Shown: positions 54,798 to 63,554 of the stretch, piece by piece | How the letters are laid out: every line of letters begins with the position of its first letter | Numbering within the stretch: the first letter of the stretch is position 1 | Assembly: GCA_046543065.1 (NCBI GenBank) | Contig: JBKHAE010000002.1 | Span: 7,144-71,143, forward strand | DNA from: Desulfobacterales bacterium | GTDB lineage: Bacteria > Desulfobacterota > Desulfobacteria > Desulfobacterales > Desulfosalsimonadaceae | Length of the DNA: 64,000 nucleotides | Direction of reading: 5' to 3' | The notes under the pieces: model-generated | Database searches by the model: none | Told to the model about the DNA's origin: nothing | What the model saw: only the letters and a program-made list of their open reading frames with translations | Program-made: the position numbers and the translations under genes

Positions 54798-56399
54798 TTA
54801 GAATCTGAAATTGCCGAAAGACGGCTCGCCAATGGGCTTGATCAGGCTGACCTCAAGCGCCATGCCAAGCCATTCACGAATTTCAGAAAATTTAAGTACC
54901 CGGTCGTTTAACAGGCGAGCGCCGCAGAAAAACGGATGCGCTTCGCCGTCGTATTTATCTACCATTTTTTGGTGAAACGCATCCTTCTCCTCCTGGCTCA
55001 TGGGTTTACCCTGGGCCTCGCGTTTTCTTTCCTCAATGGATAATAGCACCCCGCCCGCGCTTCGGCCGCTCATCACCGAAGTCCGGCCCCGCATGGTGGT
55101 GAATAAAAAATTCGGACGATACGCGCGACCGCACATCCCGTAGTTGGCGGCTCCGTTGTCCGGGCCGATGACCAGCTGAATCCGGGGCACCTGGGCACAT
55201 GCTGCCGCCCGGACCATGTCAGCGCCATATTTGCCGATACCCGCACTTTCGGCATCTGATCCCACCATGTATCCCGGCGAGTTCTGCAGATAAAGGATCG
55301 GTATCTTTTCGTAACTGCAGCGGACAACCCATTCAGCAACCTTCCGGGCGGCTTCCTCAAAAATAATGCCGATCCGGTTGGCCGCGATCACACCTACCGG
55401 AAAGCCCTTTAAGCGGATTTTGCCTGTGAGGATGTTATCCGCCTTTCCCATCATGTAGTTTTTTTTGTATTCGCTAAAGTAGCTGTCATCTGCAAAGGTT
55501 TCCAAAATCGCCCGGGCATCGATCCCCTGATTGACCGAGGCAGGCATCAAATCGTAAATTTTATCCGCCGGCACTTTAGGGGGCCGCTCTTCATAGCGGT
55601 GAAGGTAGGTAGTCTGCGGGGCCTCGAGGGAGAGGATCTCACGCACCTTGTCAATGGCCTCATCCTGGGATTTGCAGAAATGATCCGCTCCGCCGGAAAC
55701 GTGGGTGTGCACCTTGGCGCCGCCCAGTTCCTCTGCGGTGATGACCTCGCCGGTGGCCATCTTCACCAGCGGCGGTCCGCCCAAAAAGGAATAGGAGAAT
55801 TTGTCGATCATCACGGCCTCGCAGGCCATGAAAACGATGTATGCCCCGCCTGCGGTATTGCCGCCCGTGGAAAGCGTTACCTGCTTCAACCCCTTGGCCG
55901 ACATCCGGGCCATATTATAGAACATGGACCCGAAATGCTGATCATCCGGAAATACATCCGCCTGCATGGGCAGAAACGCCCCGCCTGAGTCCGCGATATA
56001 GACGCAGTTTAAACCGTTTTCCTCGGCAATGGCCTGGGCCCGCATGTGTTTTTTGAGTGTGATCGGAAAATAGGTGCCCGCCTTTACCCGGGAGTCATTG
56101 GCAAATATCATGGTCCAGTTGCCGCGGATTTTGCCAATGCCAATCACAACTCCGCCGCAGGGCACATCCGTCACGCCGGGGTAATTCATGCCAAACCCCG
56201 CGATCTGGCCCAGCTCATAGAATTTGGTGCCCGGATCAATCAGCATCTGGATCATTTCACGCACCGGGCGTTTTCCCTGTTTGCGAAGCTTCTCCACCGC
56301 CTTTTCCCCGCCGGGCCAAAGCGTCTCATTGATCCGCTCATCCAGCTTGGCTTCCTCTGACTCCCAGTGCTTACGATTTTTTTCAGCCTCTTCGCTCAT
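54798..56399 (-). CDS. Acyl-CoA carboxylase carboxyltransferase subunit (methylcrotonyl-/propionyl-CoA carboxylase beta or glutaconyl-CoA decarboxylase alpha type)
   Basis: 533 aa with two crotonase-like CT halves (GGVVIGIGKIRG..., ADSGGAFLPMQ, ...GPDNGAANYGMCGRAY). Confidence 0.8.
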   Translation of the reverse strand: MSEEAEKNRKHWESEEAKLDERINETLWPGGEKAVEKLRKQGKRPVREMIQMLIDPGTKFYELGQIAGFGMNYPGVTDVPCGGVVIGIGKIRGNWTMIFANDSRVKAGTYFPITLKKHMRAQAIAEENGLNCVYIADSGGAFLPMQADVFPDDQHFGSMFYNMARMSAKGLKQVTLSTGGNTAGGAYIVFMACEAVMIDKFSYSFLGGPPLVKMATGEVITAEELGGAKVHTHVSGGADHFCKSQDEAIDKVREILSLEAPQTTYLHRYEERPPKVPADKIYDLMPASVNQGIDARAILETFADDSYFSEYKKNYMMGKADNILTGKIRLKGFPVGVIAANRIGIIFEEAARKVAEWVVRCSYEKIPILYLQNSPGYMVGSDAESAGIGKYGADMVRAAACAQVPRIQLVIGPDNGAANYGMCGRAYRPNFLFTTMRGRTSVMSGRSAGGVLLSIEERKREAQGKPMSQEEKDAFHQKMVDKYDGEAHPFFCGARLLNDRVLKFSEIREWLGMALEVSLIKPIGEPSFGNFRF

Positions 56400-56479
56400 G
56401 ATATGTCCTTTGAATAGGGTCTAAGATCCATCTAAGGTTTAAAGTTTAAGTTAACTGCTCACACGCCATACGTAAAAAT

Positions 56480-56612
56480 GTTTTCAAAACCTCAGATCGC
56501 ATCCAAGAACAAGGCGCGGTCTGATGAAAAAGCGCAGCATACATGGAAGTATGTGAGCATTTTGAAGAAGACCGCAACGCCGTTATTGGATGTTAGATGG
56601 GGTTTTGAAATC
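56480..56612. repeat. ~130-bp long imperfect hairpin element inside the operon spacer
   Basis: The termini gttttcaaaacc and ggttttgaaatc are inverted. The arms share catcca..aac..ggcg..cggtct..gc.ca.catac. It is related in layout to 46949-47048. Confidence 0.55.
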
Positions 56613-57393
56613 ATTTTCCTTTATATACCGGCTTTCTTTTTTCCCGGAACGCCGCGAGCCCTTCGGTTCGGTCCTCGGTAGGGATCGTAATCCAGTAAGC
56701 ATTGGACTCGATCGTCAGTCCCGTGTGCAAGTCGGTCTCAAGGCCGGCATCAATGGCATATTTTGCCTGCTCAATGGCAATCGGCCCGCCCTCGCAGATC
56801 ATGGCCGCCATTTTCCGGGCCTCATCCATCAGCAGTTCCGGCTCGCAAATCGAATTAACAAGGCCAATCGCATGGGCCTCCTTGGCATCCACACGGCGGC
56901 CGGTTAAAATCAGTTCTTTTGCTTTTCCCCGGCCGATCAGCCGCGGCAGCCGCTGCGTGCCGCCTGCGCCGGGAATAATGGCAAGCCGCGTCTCAGTAAG
57001 CCCCATGGTCGCGTTCAAGGATGCGATCCGGATGTCGCAGGCAAGGAGCAGTTCTGTTCCGCCGCCCAGTGCCACCCCGTTTACCGCGGCAATGACCGGT
57101 TTGTTCAGGGATTCAATTTCTGTAAACAGGGTCCGGATGGTATAGATATATTTTTTGACCTCTTCCGGGGTCATACCGGCCCGCTCTTTTAAATCCGCGC
57201 CGGCACAGAAGGCTTTTTCCCCGGCTCCGGTAATGATGACAGCCCGGATATCCTTTTGAAACCTGACCTGCCAGATCACATCCTGCAGGGTTTTAAGGAG
57301 CTCAAAATTAATCGAATTCATGACCTCCGGCCGGTTCAGGGTGATTACCGCCACCTGGTCCGCTGTTTCCATTTGCAGCACGTTTTCCGTCAT
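56611..57393 (-). CDS. Enoyl-CoA hydratase (crotonase / methylglutaconyl-CoA hydratase-like)
   Basis: VAVITLNRPEVMNS...FCAGADLKE...AAVNGVALGGGTELLLACDIRIAS. The start at 57393 has a GGAGG RBS. Confidence 0.8.
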   Translation of the reverse strand: MTENVLQMETADQVAVITLNRPEVMNSINFELLKTLQDVIWQVRFQKDIRAVIITGAGEKAFCAGADLKERAGMTPEEVKKYIYTIRTLFTEIESLNKPVIAAVNGVALGGGTELLLACDIRIASLNATMGLTETRLAIIPGAGGTQRLPRLIGRGKAKELILTGRRVDAKEAHAIGLVNSICEPELLMDEARKMAAMICEGGPIAIEQAKYAIDAGLETDLHTGLTIESNAYWITIPTEDRTEGLAAFREKRKPVYKGK

Positions 57394-57445
57394 GGAGGGC
57401 CTCCACAATCATTATTGAATAATCTTATTACAGTCACAAACGCCT

Positions 57446-57512
57446 GTCATTCTGAGGAGCGGCAGCGACGAAGAATCTTTTATAAAGATTTCTCGCTATC
57501 GCTCGAAATGAC
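57446..57512. repeat. GTCATT...GAAATGAC palindromic element, copy 1
   Basis: gtcattctgaggagcggcagcgacgaagaatc tttt ataaa gatttctcgctatcgctcgaaatgac. A related copy is at 60241-60336. Confidence 0.7.
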
Positions 57513-57515
57513 AGA

Positions 57516-58664
57516 TTAGCAACCAATGTATCGGGATATCACCAGCCGCTGGATTTCCGAAGTGCCTTCGCCGATGTCTAAGAGCTTCTGGTCCCGGAAA
57601 AACCGCTCCACATTGTATTCCTTCATCAGGCCGTAGCCGCCGAAGATCTGGACCGCATTATTGGCAACCCGGCCCATGAGTTCAGAGCAGTAAACTTTGG
57701 CCATGGCAGCGACCTTTTGAAACGAACGATCCTTGTCCTTCAGCCAGCAGGCCTTGTAAAGCAGGCTTCGGGCGCATTCGAGCTCAATGGCCGCATCCGC
57801 CAGCTTAAAACCGACCGCCTGATATTTGGATATGGGTTTTCCAAACTGCTCCCGGCCTTTGGCATATTTGAGGGCCGCCTCATAAGCGCCCTGGGCGCCG
57901 CCAAGGCCCATGGCGCCGATGGAAAGCCGGCCGCCGTCCAGGGTCTGCAGCATCTGATGGAACCCATTACCCTGCGCGCCCAGCACATTCTCATGGGGCA
58001 CCCGAACATCGTCAAAATAGAGCTCAGCCGTGTTGGAGGCCCGCCACATCATTTTTTTATGCATAGCCACGGCCTTAAACCCCGGCGTGCCGTGTTCAAC
58101 CAGAAAACAGGTATACTCGGGCCGGCCGTCATCTCTTTGGCCGGTAATGGCCTGTACGGTAACGCCCATGGACATTTCGCAGGCGGCATTGGTGATAAAA
58201 ATCTTTGAACCGTTGATCACCCATTCATTGCCATCTTTAACCGCGGTGGTTTTGCTGCCCCCGGCATCCGATCCGGCGGTCGGCTCGGTCAGGCCGAATC
58301 CCCACAAGGCTTCGCCTGTGCACAATTTCGGCAGGTATTTCTTCTTCTGTTCTTCACTGCCAAAATAATAAATCGGGCCGATGCCCAATGAGTTGCCCGC
58401 CGCGATGGTGGCTGCCTGGGAGCCGTCCACACGGGCGATCTCCTCGACGCCGATGATGTAGGAGATATAATCGAGGTGCTGTCCCCCGTAGGCTTCATCC
58501 ACGAACATGCCGAACAGCCCGATCTCCCCCATTTTTTTGGTCAGTTCAGGAGAAAACGCCTCGGCTTCATCAAGTTCCATCGCCACCGGCGCAATTGCCG
58601 TTTCGGCAAACTTGCGGACCTCTTTGCGGATCATCTCCTGCTGTTTATTCAGGTCAAAATCCAA
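57516..58664 (-). CDS. Acyl-CoA dehydrogenase (short/medium-chain type)
   Basis: GLTEPTAGSD and GSKIFITN motifs. The catalytic Glu is in the C-terminal DIGEGTSEIQ motif, which is SCAD/MCAD-type placement rather than the IVD-type GAGT. Confidence 0.85.
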   Translation of the reverse strand: MDFDLNKQQEMIRKEVRKFAETAIAPVAMELDEAEAFSPELTKKMGEIGLFGMFVDEAYGGQHLDYISYIIGVEEIARVDGSQAATIAAGNSLGIGPIYYFGSEEQKKKYLPKLCTGEALWGFGLTEPTAGSDAGGSKTTAVKDGNEWVINGSKIFITNAACEMSMGVTVQAITGQRDDGRPEYTCFLVEHGTPGFKAVAMHKKMMWRASNTAELYFDDVRVPHENVLGAQGNGFHQMLQTLDGGRLSIGAMGLGGAQGAYEAALKYAKGREQFGKPISKYQAVGFKLADAAIELECARSLLYKACWLKDKDRSFQKVAAMAKVYCSELMGRVANNAVQIFGGYGLMKEYNVERFFRDQKLLDIGEGTSEIQRLVISRYIGC

Positions 58665-58871
58665 ATCAGACCTCCTTATTTAACTATGGGAATTTCAAAA
58701 AACAGAACGAAAAAAAATGAAGAATTTGAATTCGCCTCATCCCTTACCATCCGCCTGTTTAAATTCCGGTTAAGCATTAAAAAACATCTATTCAAGGGAT
58801 ATTCACAAATGGTTGATATCGCCTAAAGCAAAAATTCACAAAAACAAAGAATGAACATGCCTCGATTTTTC

Positions 58872-60035
58872 TCACGCCCGAATCGCATTGATAAACAGCC
58901 GCGAGACCTCATCTCCCACCTTGAGCAGATCATAGTCCCGATTGAATATAATCCAGGGGATGGTGATGTGGTCGATCGTTCCGAACAAAAGATCCTGGCA
59001 CAGATCCATATCCAGATCCGGCTTAAAAATTTGCTCTGCCTGCCCCCGGGCGATCACGTCCCGGATGACCTTAAAAATCTTTTCAATAATCTGTATGCCC
59101 TCGGAACGGTAGAACTCCTTGTTGGTCCGCAGCATCAGCACCAGGATGGTGGTATAATTCTTCTCATCATTGTAGAAGCGGAAAAGCTTGGCAATTATCT
59201 CGCGGATTTCATTCTCCAGGGTGTTGCCGCTGATATGGTCATAGAGCTCGCCCAGCTTTTCATTGGGAATGCTGATCAGAAGGTTCTGCTTGTTTTTGAA
59301 ATATTCGTAGACCGTTCCTTCGGCAACCCCGGCCCGGCGCGCGATTTCCAGCATGCTGGTGTCGTTAAAGCCGTTTTCGGCAAAAAGGGCGATGGCGGAA
59401 TTAATCACCCGCTTTTTCTTGGCGTCCTTTTTATTGGATTGACGAACCGGTTTCTTGCGGCTGTTTTTCACCGCATTCAACATCAGGTCCGCGATCATTT
59501 CCGCGTGATCCAGGGAATTGGGCGAATCCTTGATGGTCCAGTTGATGGCGATATGATCCACCGTGCCAAGAATCATATCCCGCAGTATAGTAGGTGAGGC
59601 CAAGCCGCTGAAAACTCCCTCGGTCATGCCCTCCCGGATAATATCGGTGATCAGACCGGCATACGCCCGGAGGGTCTTATAGGCGGCCGAGGAATAAAAC
59701 CGCGGGTAGGAGCGGGATTCGAGGATGATCTTGATCTCTTTTTTATTGCCGGAGTAGACCTTGCAATGAAACCAGATGGCCTTGCGGAGTTTGTTTTCCG
59801 CCCCCTGGATGCCGGCCAGATGGTCTTTGAGCCCATCCCGGCAGGCAGACAGGAAATTGTCAATAATGGCAAAAAGCAGATCTTCCTTGCTTTTAAAATA
59901 GGTATAGATGCCGGATCCGGCCATGCCCGCACCGCTTGCGATTTCGGACACGGTGGCCTCGGCAAACCCCTTTTCGGAGATCACGCGGGTGGCTGAGTCG
60001 AGAATGGCCTGTCGTTTATATTCTGTTTTGGTCAT
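58872..60035 (-). CDS. Tandem (duplicated) TetR family regulator
   Basis: There are two complete TetR units in 387 aa. The HTHs are ILDSATRVISEKGFAEATVSEIASGAGMAGSGIYTYFKSKEDLL and VINSAIALFAENGFNDTSMLEIARRAGVAEGTVYEYFKNKQNLL. Confidence 0.8.
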   Translation of the reverse strand: MTKTEYKRQAILDSATRVISEKGFAEATVSEIASGAGMAGSGIYTYFKSKEDLLFAIIDNFLSACRDGLKDHLAGIQGAENKLRKAIWFHCKVYSGNKKEIKIILESRSYPRFYSSAAYKTLRAYAGLITDIIREGMTEGVFSGLASPTILRDMILGTVDHIAINWTIKDSPNSLDHAEMIADLMLNAVKNSRKKPVRQSNKKDAKKKRVINSAIALFAENGFNDTSMLEIARRAGVAEGTVYEYFKNKQNLLISIPNEKLGELYDHISGNTLENEIREIIAKLFRFYNDEKNYTTILVLMLRTNKEFYRSEGIQIIEKIFKVIRDVIARGQAEQIFKPDLDMDLCQDLLFGTIDHITIPWIIFNRDYDLLKVGDEVSRLFINAIRA

Positions 60036-60240
60036 AGACTGGGCAGAAATTGAATATCACTCATTTTTATTTATTATCTGAGGACAATTTATTTTTTTCA
60101 AAAATAAAAATCAAGAAATAATTTTTGAGATCGGAAAAAAATTTTCTATCCCCTGTCACCGGGCTTATTTAAAACCCTTGCCCTGGCTCACCGAACTGTG
60201 TACATAAGCGATGCACCCGGCTTGCGCCCAACTAGGAGGC

Positions 60241-60336
60241 GGCCGGCTGTTTGAGGCGCGCATGCGGCGAGAAATCTATTAAAGTCAAAAAATAAAATTT
60301 CTCGCTGCCGCTCGAAATGACCCGGCGCTCAAACAG
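60241..60336. repeat. GAAATGAC-type palindromic element, copy 2, nested in a longer hairpin
   Basis: gcggcgagaaatc...atttctcgctgccgctcgaaatgac, with outer arms gctgtttgaggcgc / gcgctcaaacagc. Confidence 0.6.
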
Positions 60337-60372
60337 CAATGATATCGTTAGCCACAGGATGAAATCGCTTCT

Positions 60373-61374
60373 ATGGACCCCTTCACCCAGGGTTTGACCG
60401 GTATAATTGCCGCTCAAACCCCGGCAGATAAAAAGAGCATCCGGCAAGCCACGGTGGCCGGCCTTATCGGCGGGATGCTGCCGGATGCGGATATTTTCAT
60501 TCATGCGCCCAACGACCCGCTGTTTAACCTGCTGATCCACCGGCATTTCACCCATTCCCTGATTTTTATTCCCATTGGCGGCCTGATCGCCGCGGTCATG
60601 GCCTGGCTCCTCCTGCGACGGCGGCTTGGATTTCTGAAAACCTATTTGTTTGCCACCCTGGGCTATGCCACCGGCGGCCTGCTGGATGCCTGCACAAGCT
60701 ACGGCACCTACCTTTACTGGCCATTTTCAAATTACCGGGTGGCCTGGGACAACATTGCGATTATTGATCCGGCCTATTCGCTGATCCTCCTGGTTTCAAT
60801 TGTCATCGCATTTCGGAGAAAGGCCCGGCGGTATGCCGGTATCGGGCTGATTTTAGCGCTCTGCTACCTGATGATCGGGGTGGCGGCGAAAAATTCAGCG
60901 ACCCGGGTGCTAAAGGATACAGCCGATCGACGGGGCCATCAAATCGAGCGCCTCCGCGTAATGCCGACCATCGGCAACCTGATCCTTTGGCGGGGGGTAT
61001 ATGAGACTGATGGCCGGTTCCATGTGAATGGGATTCGCCTCGGCCTGTTTGGACCGCACCGTGTGTATGCCGGCCCAGTCGTCCATAAGTTTCAGGCCAA
61101 TGAATGCGCCTCAGGTTCAGGGAAAACCCTCGTCTGCCAAAATATTGAGGGATTTTCCCATTTTGCCGATGGTTATGTATTTGCCTATACAAAAGATCCC
61201 CTGATCATCGGTGATCTCAGGTACTCCATGCTGCCGCATGCAATTACCCCCCTATGGGGGCTTGTGGTGCACCCGCAAAATCCGGAAAAGCACTCTCAAC
61301 TCAAATATTTTGACCAGATCGATCCGGAAACTTTGAACCACTTCTGGCGGATGCTGACCGGGGTTTATCCCTGA
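60373..61374 (+). CDS. Membrane-bound metal-dependent hydrolase (YdjM/DUF457-like)
   Basis: MDPFTQGLTG...GMLPDADIFI...HRHFTHSL, followed by several TM segments. Confidence 0.65.
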   Translation: MDPFTQGLTGIIAAQTPADKKSIRQATVAGLIGGMLPDADIFIHAPNDPLFNLLIHRHFTHSLIFIPIGGLIAAVMAWLLLRRRLGFLKTYLFATLGYATGGLLDACTSYGTYLYWPFSNYRVAWDNIAIIDPAYSLILLVSIVIAFRRKARRYAGIGLILALCYLMIGVAAKNSATRVLKDTADRRGHQIERLRVMPTIGNLILWRGVYETDGRFHVNGIRLGLFGPHRVYAGPVVHKFQANECASGSGKTLVCQNIEGFSHFADGYVFAYTKDPLIIGDLRYSMLPHAITPLWGLVVHPQNPEKHSQLKYFDQIDPETLNHFWRMLTGVYP

Positions 61375-61448
61375 AATATCGGTTTTTCCGTGCATTCTTT
61401 TATGCTATTTAAAAGTTAATGTCATTAACTCAAAGTTTCCATTTATCA

Positions 61449-61490
61449 CCTTCTTCCTATGGGAGAAGGCTGGGATGAGGGTAAAAATGG
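61449..61490. repeat. Inverted copy of the 51551-51590 element core
   Basis: ccttcttcctatgggagaaggctgggatgagggtaaaaatgg compared with the reverse complement of 51551-51590, ccttctccccttgggagaaggctgggatgagggtaaaaag. Confidence 0.75.
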
Positions 61491-61567
61491 TCTAAGTTAA
61501 TGGCATTGATGTAAAAGTTGCTTGTTATGCCCTGCGTTACTGTCCAACTGACCTGAAGACGATAACA

Positions 61568-63502
61568 ATGATAAACCCGACCGACATGCTGACCCCGGGA
61601 CAACAGCCGGATCAAAAACCGGGCGCTTCGGCTTCAGAAGAAGCGCCGGCAAAGGATCGGTTTATCCTGTTCCGCCGGCTCTCGAAGATGTCCAAAGATC
61701 CGGGCGATATGCTTCAAATCCTGGAAACCGCATCCGGTGTTGATCAAAGCGACCTGCGCTACCGGCTGGCCGGTCCGGGGTTCGGGGTTTTGCGGCCCAA
61801 AATTTCCCCTGATGCTTTTGATGCATGCATCGCGGACATGACAGACTTCGGCATCCCGGGCGCTGTGGTGGCCAAATCGGATATCGCCATCCCCGAGCTC
61901 CCGCCCCAGGCCAAGCGGATTCAGCTAACCGAGGATTTTATAGAATTTCAGACGGCTGAAGAAGAACCTGTCTTCCGGGTGGATGAGACAAGCGAGCTGC
62001 TTATTATTCTCACGGATCTTTCCGGCAAAGCGGTCAAGCAGATCATGACCACCATCGCCTATACCAGCCAGGTTCAGGAAAAGCCCTTTGAAGAGGTGCT
62101 CAGGAAAATTTCCATGTCAAGTGCGGCCGCGGTTTTCTATGATATAAAGGAGAATCCGGCCACGGGCGTCTTTGTCGATTCCACGGCATTTACTTTTTTA
62201 GGGTTAAATGACAAGCTTTCTCCCAGCGTGGCCGTGAACTTCCGAACCCTGGTGGATGAAGCCATCCGCCTGTCAAGCACCCATGCCGTGGATTATTATT
62301 TCGGCATTGCCGCCCTTCCCGGGGCCAAACCGGACTGGGATGGGGGCAGTACCGCCATTGAGCGACGACTCGGGGTATATGCCCATTACATGCTGGCCGC
62401 CCACAGAAACGCACTGTTCGCTGCGCCGGAACCCTCTTTGAAAAGCGAAGAAGCGGTGCGGGAGGAAACATCCGATGATACGGAGGGCGCAGATGAAGAA
62501 GCCACCGACGGCCTGGAGCCGCCGCCTCCGGTTGAGCAGTCCCGGTTTCTGGGTCTGATCCAGGGCTCCACAGCAGAGATAATCATATCGGTCATCGGCG
62601 TGGCGGCGCTGTTTTTTTTCGGTGCCGCCGGCATTGAAACGATCACCAGCCATCCCGGGCTCTGGCAGGTGGTGGTGGGAATACTCGTCACCGCAGGCGG
62701 GGCTGCTATCTTCTGCTACTCCCTGCTGCTGCTCTATTATAAGCGCATGGTGGAAAACACCCCCACCTCAAAAATTCGATCTCACGCCATGGGCATGACC
62801 GAACTGACCGGCCAGGCCCGGCCCTACTACGATCTGCGGACATCCCATACCCTGACCCGCTGCATTTTTTTCATATGCCGCTATTACAAATATCAGCGCA
62901 CTGATAACGGCCATCAGTGGCGGCTCACGCGCACCGTGTCCTCCGGTAAACTCCCGTTCTATATTGAAGACGACACCGGCCGGGTGCTTGTAAATCCCAA
63001 AGGCGCCTATTATTCGCTCTCCCGGTCCAGACAGACTGTGCGCGGCCGGTTTATCCCGGATCTGGCCATCAGGCTTGATGATCCCAATACCCGGGTAACA
63101 GAAGACCTGATCCCCATCGGCGCCAAAGTCTATGTGCTGGGCTCAGCCCATCTTCAGCGGCACGGCAAAACCCACAGGGAGCGGCTCATGGACAAACTGC
63201 GGTCGGTCAAGCAGGACCCTTCGCAAATGGCCCGCTATGATCAGAACGGGGACGGCCATATCGATGCCGAGGAGTGGGATGCGGCCCGGGAGGATATCGA
63301 GCACAGCGTATATGCGGAGTCTTTGGGCGGCGGCAAAGGCTCTTATGAAACTGTGGTGATTGAAAAACCGAAGTTCGGCCTTCTGCCGTTTATCGTGGCG
63401 GACTCGGAAAAAGGCCTGTTAAGGAAATTCGCCTTTAAGTCCTGGCTGTTTTTCGCCTGCGGCGCCCTGGCTTTTGCCTGCGGCATCGGCATGCTGATGT
63501 AA
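61568..63502 (+). CDS. Multi-domain membrane protein: unknown ~300-aa N-terminal domain, 2 TM, GIDE-like domain, EF-hand loop, C-terminal TM
   Basis: TM pair at ~aa 335-400. The GIDE-like segment is FYIEDDTGRVLVNPKGA...IPIGAKVYVLGSA. There is a canonical EF-hand loop DQNGDGHIDAEE. A lemA gene is adjacent. Confidence 0.6.
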   Translation: MINPTDMLTPGQQPDQKPGASASEEAPAKDRFILFRRLSKMSKDPGDMLQILETASGVDQSDLRYRLAGPGFGVLRPKISPDAFDACIADMTDFGIPGAVVAKSDIAIPELPPQAKRIQLTEDFIEFQTAEEEPVFRVDETSELLIILTDLSGKAVKQIMTTIAYTSQVQEKPFEEVLRKISMSSAAAVFYDIKENPATGVFVDSTAFTFLGLNDKLSPSVAVNFRTLVDEAIRLSSTHAVDYYFGIAALPGAKPDWDGGSTAIERRLGVYAHYMLAAHRNALFAAPEPSLKSEEAVREETSDDTEGADEEATDGLEPPPPVEQSRFLGLIQGSTAEIIISVIGVAALFFFGAAGIETITSHPGLWQVVVGILVTAGGAAIFCYSLLLLYYKRMVENTPTSKIRSHAMGMTELTGQARPYYDLRTSHTLTRCIFFICRYYKYQRTDNGHQWRLTRTVSSGKLPFYIEDDTGRVLVNPKGAYYSLSRSRQTVRGRFIPDLAIRLDDPNTRVTEDLIPIGAKVYVLGSAHLQRHGKTHRERLMDKLRSVKQDPSQMARYDQNGDGHIDAEEWDAAREDIEHSVYAESLGGGKGSYETVVIEKPKFGLLPFIVADSEKGLLRKFAFKSWLFFACGALAFACGIGMLM

Positions 63503-63510
63503 CCCTTTAA

Positions 63511-63537
63511 CCTAACACCCAATACCTAATACCTATG
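63511..63537 (+). repeat. CTAATAC-type leader element, copy 2
   Basis: cctaacacccaatacctaatacctatg lies 18 nt upstream of the lemA ATG. Confidence 0.6.
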
Positions 63538-63554
63538 AAGGAAAGGACGAAGCT

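Noticed and set aside
58851-59597. 248-aa plus-strand ORF antisense to the tandem TetR gene.
   Set aside because: This is a shadow ORF. The minus-strand product has two clear TetR HTH motifs, and the antisense product has no motif.
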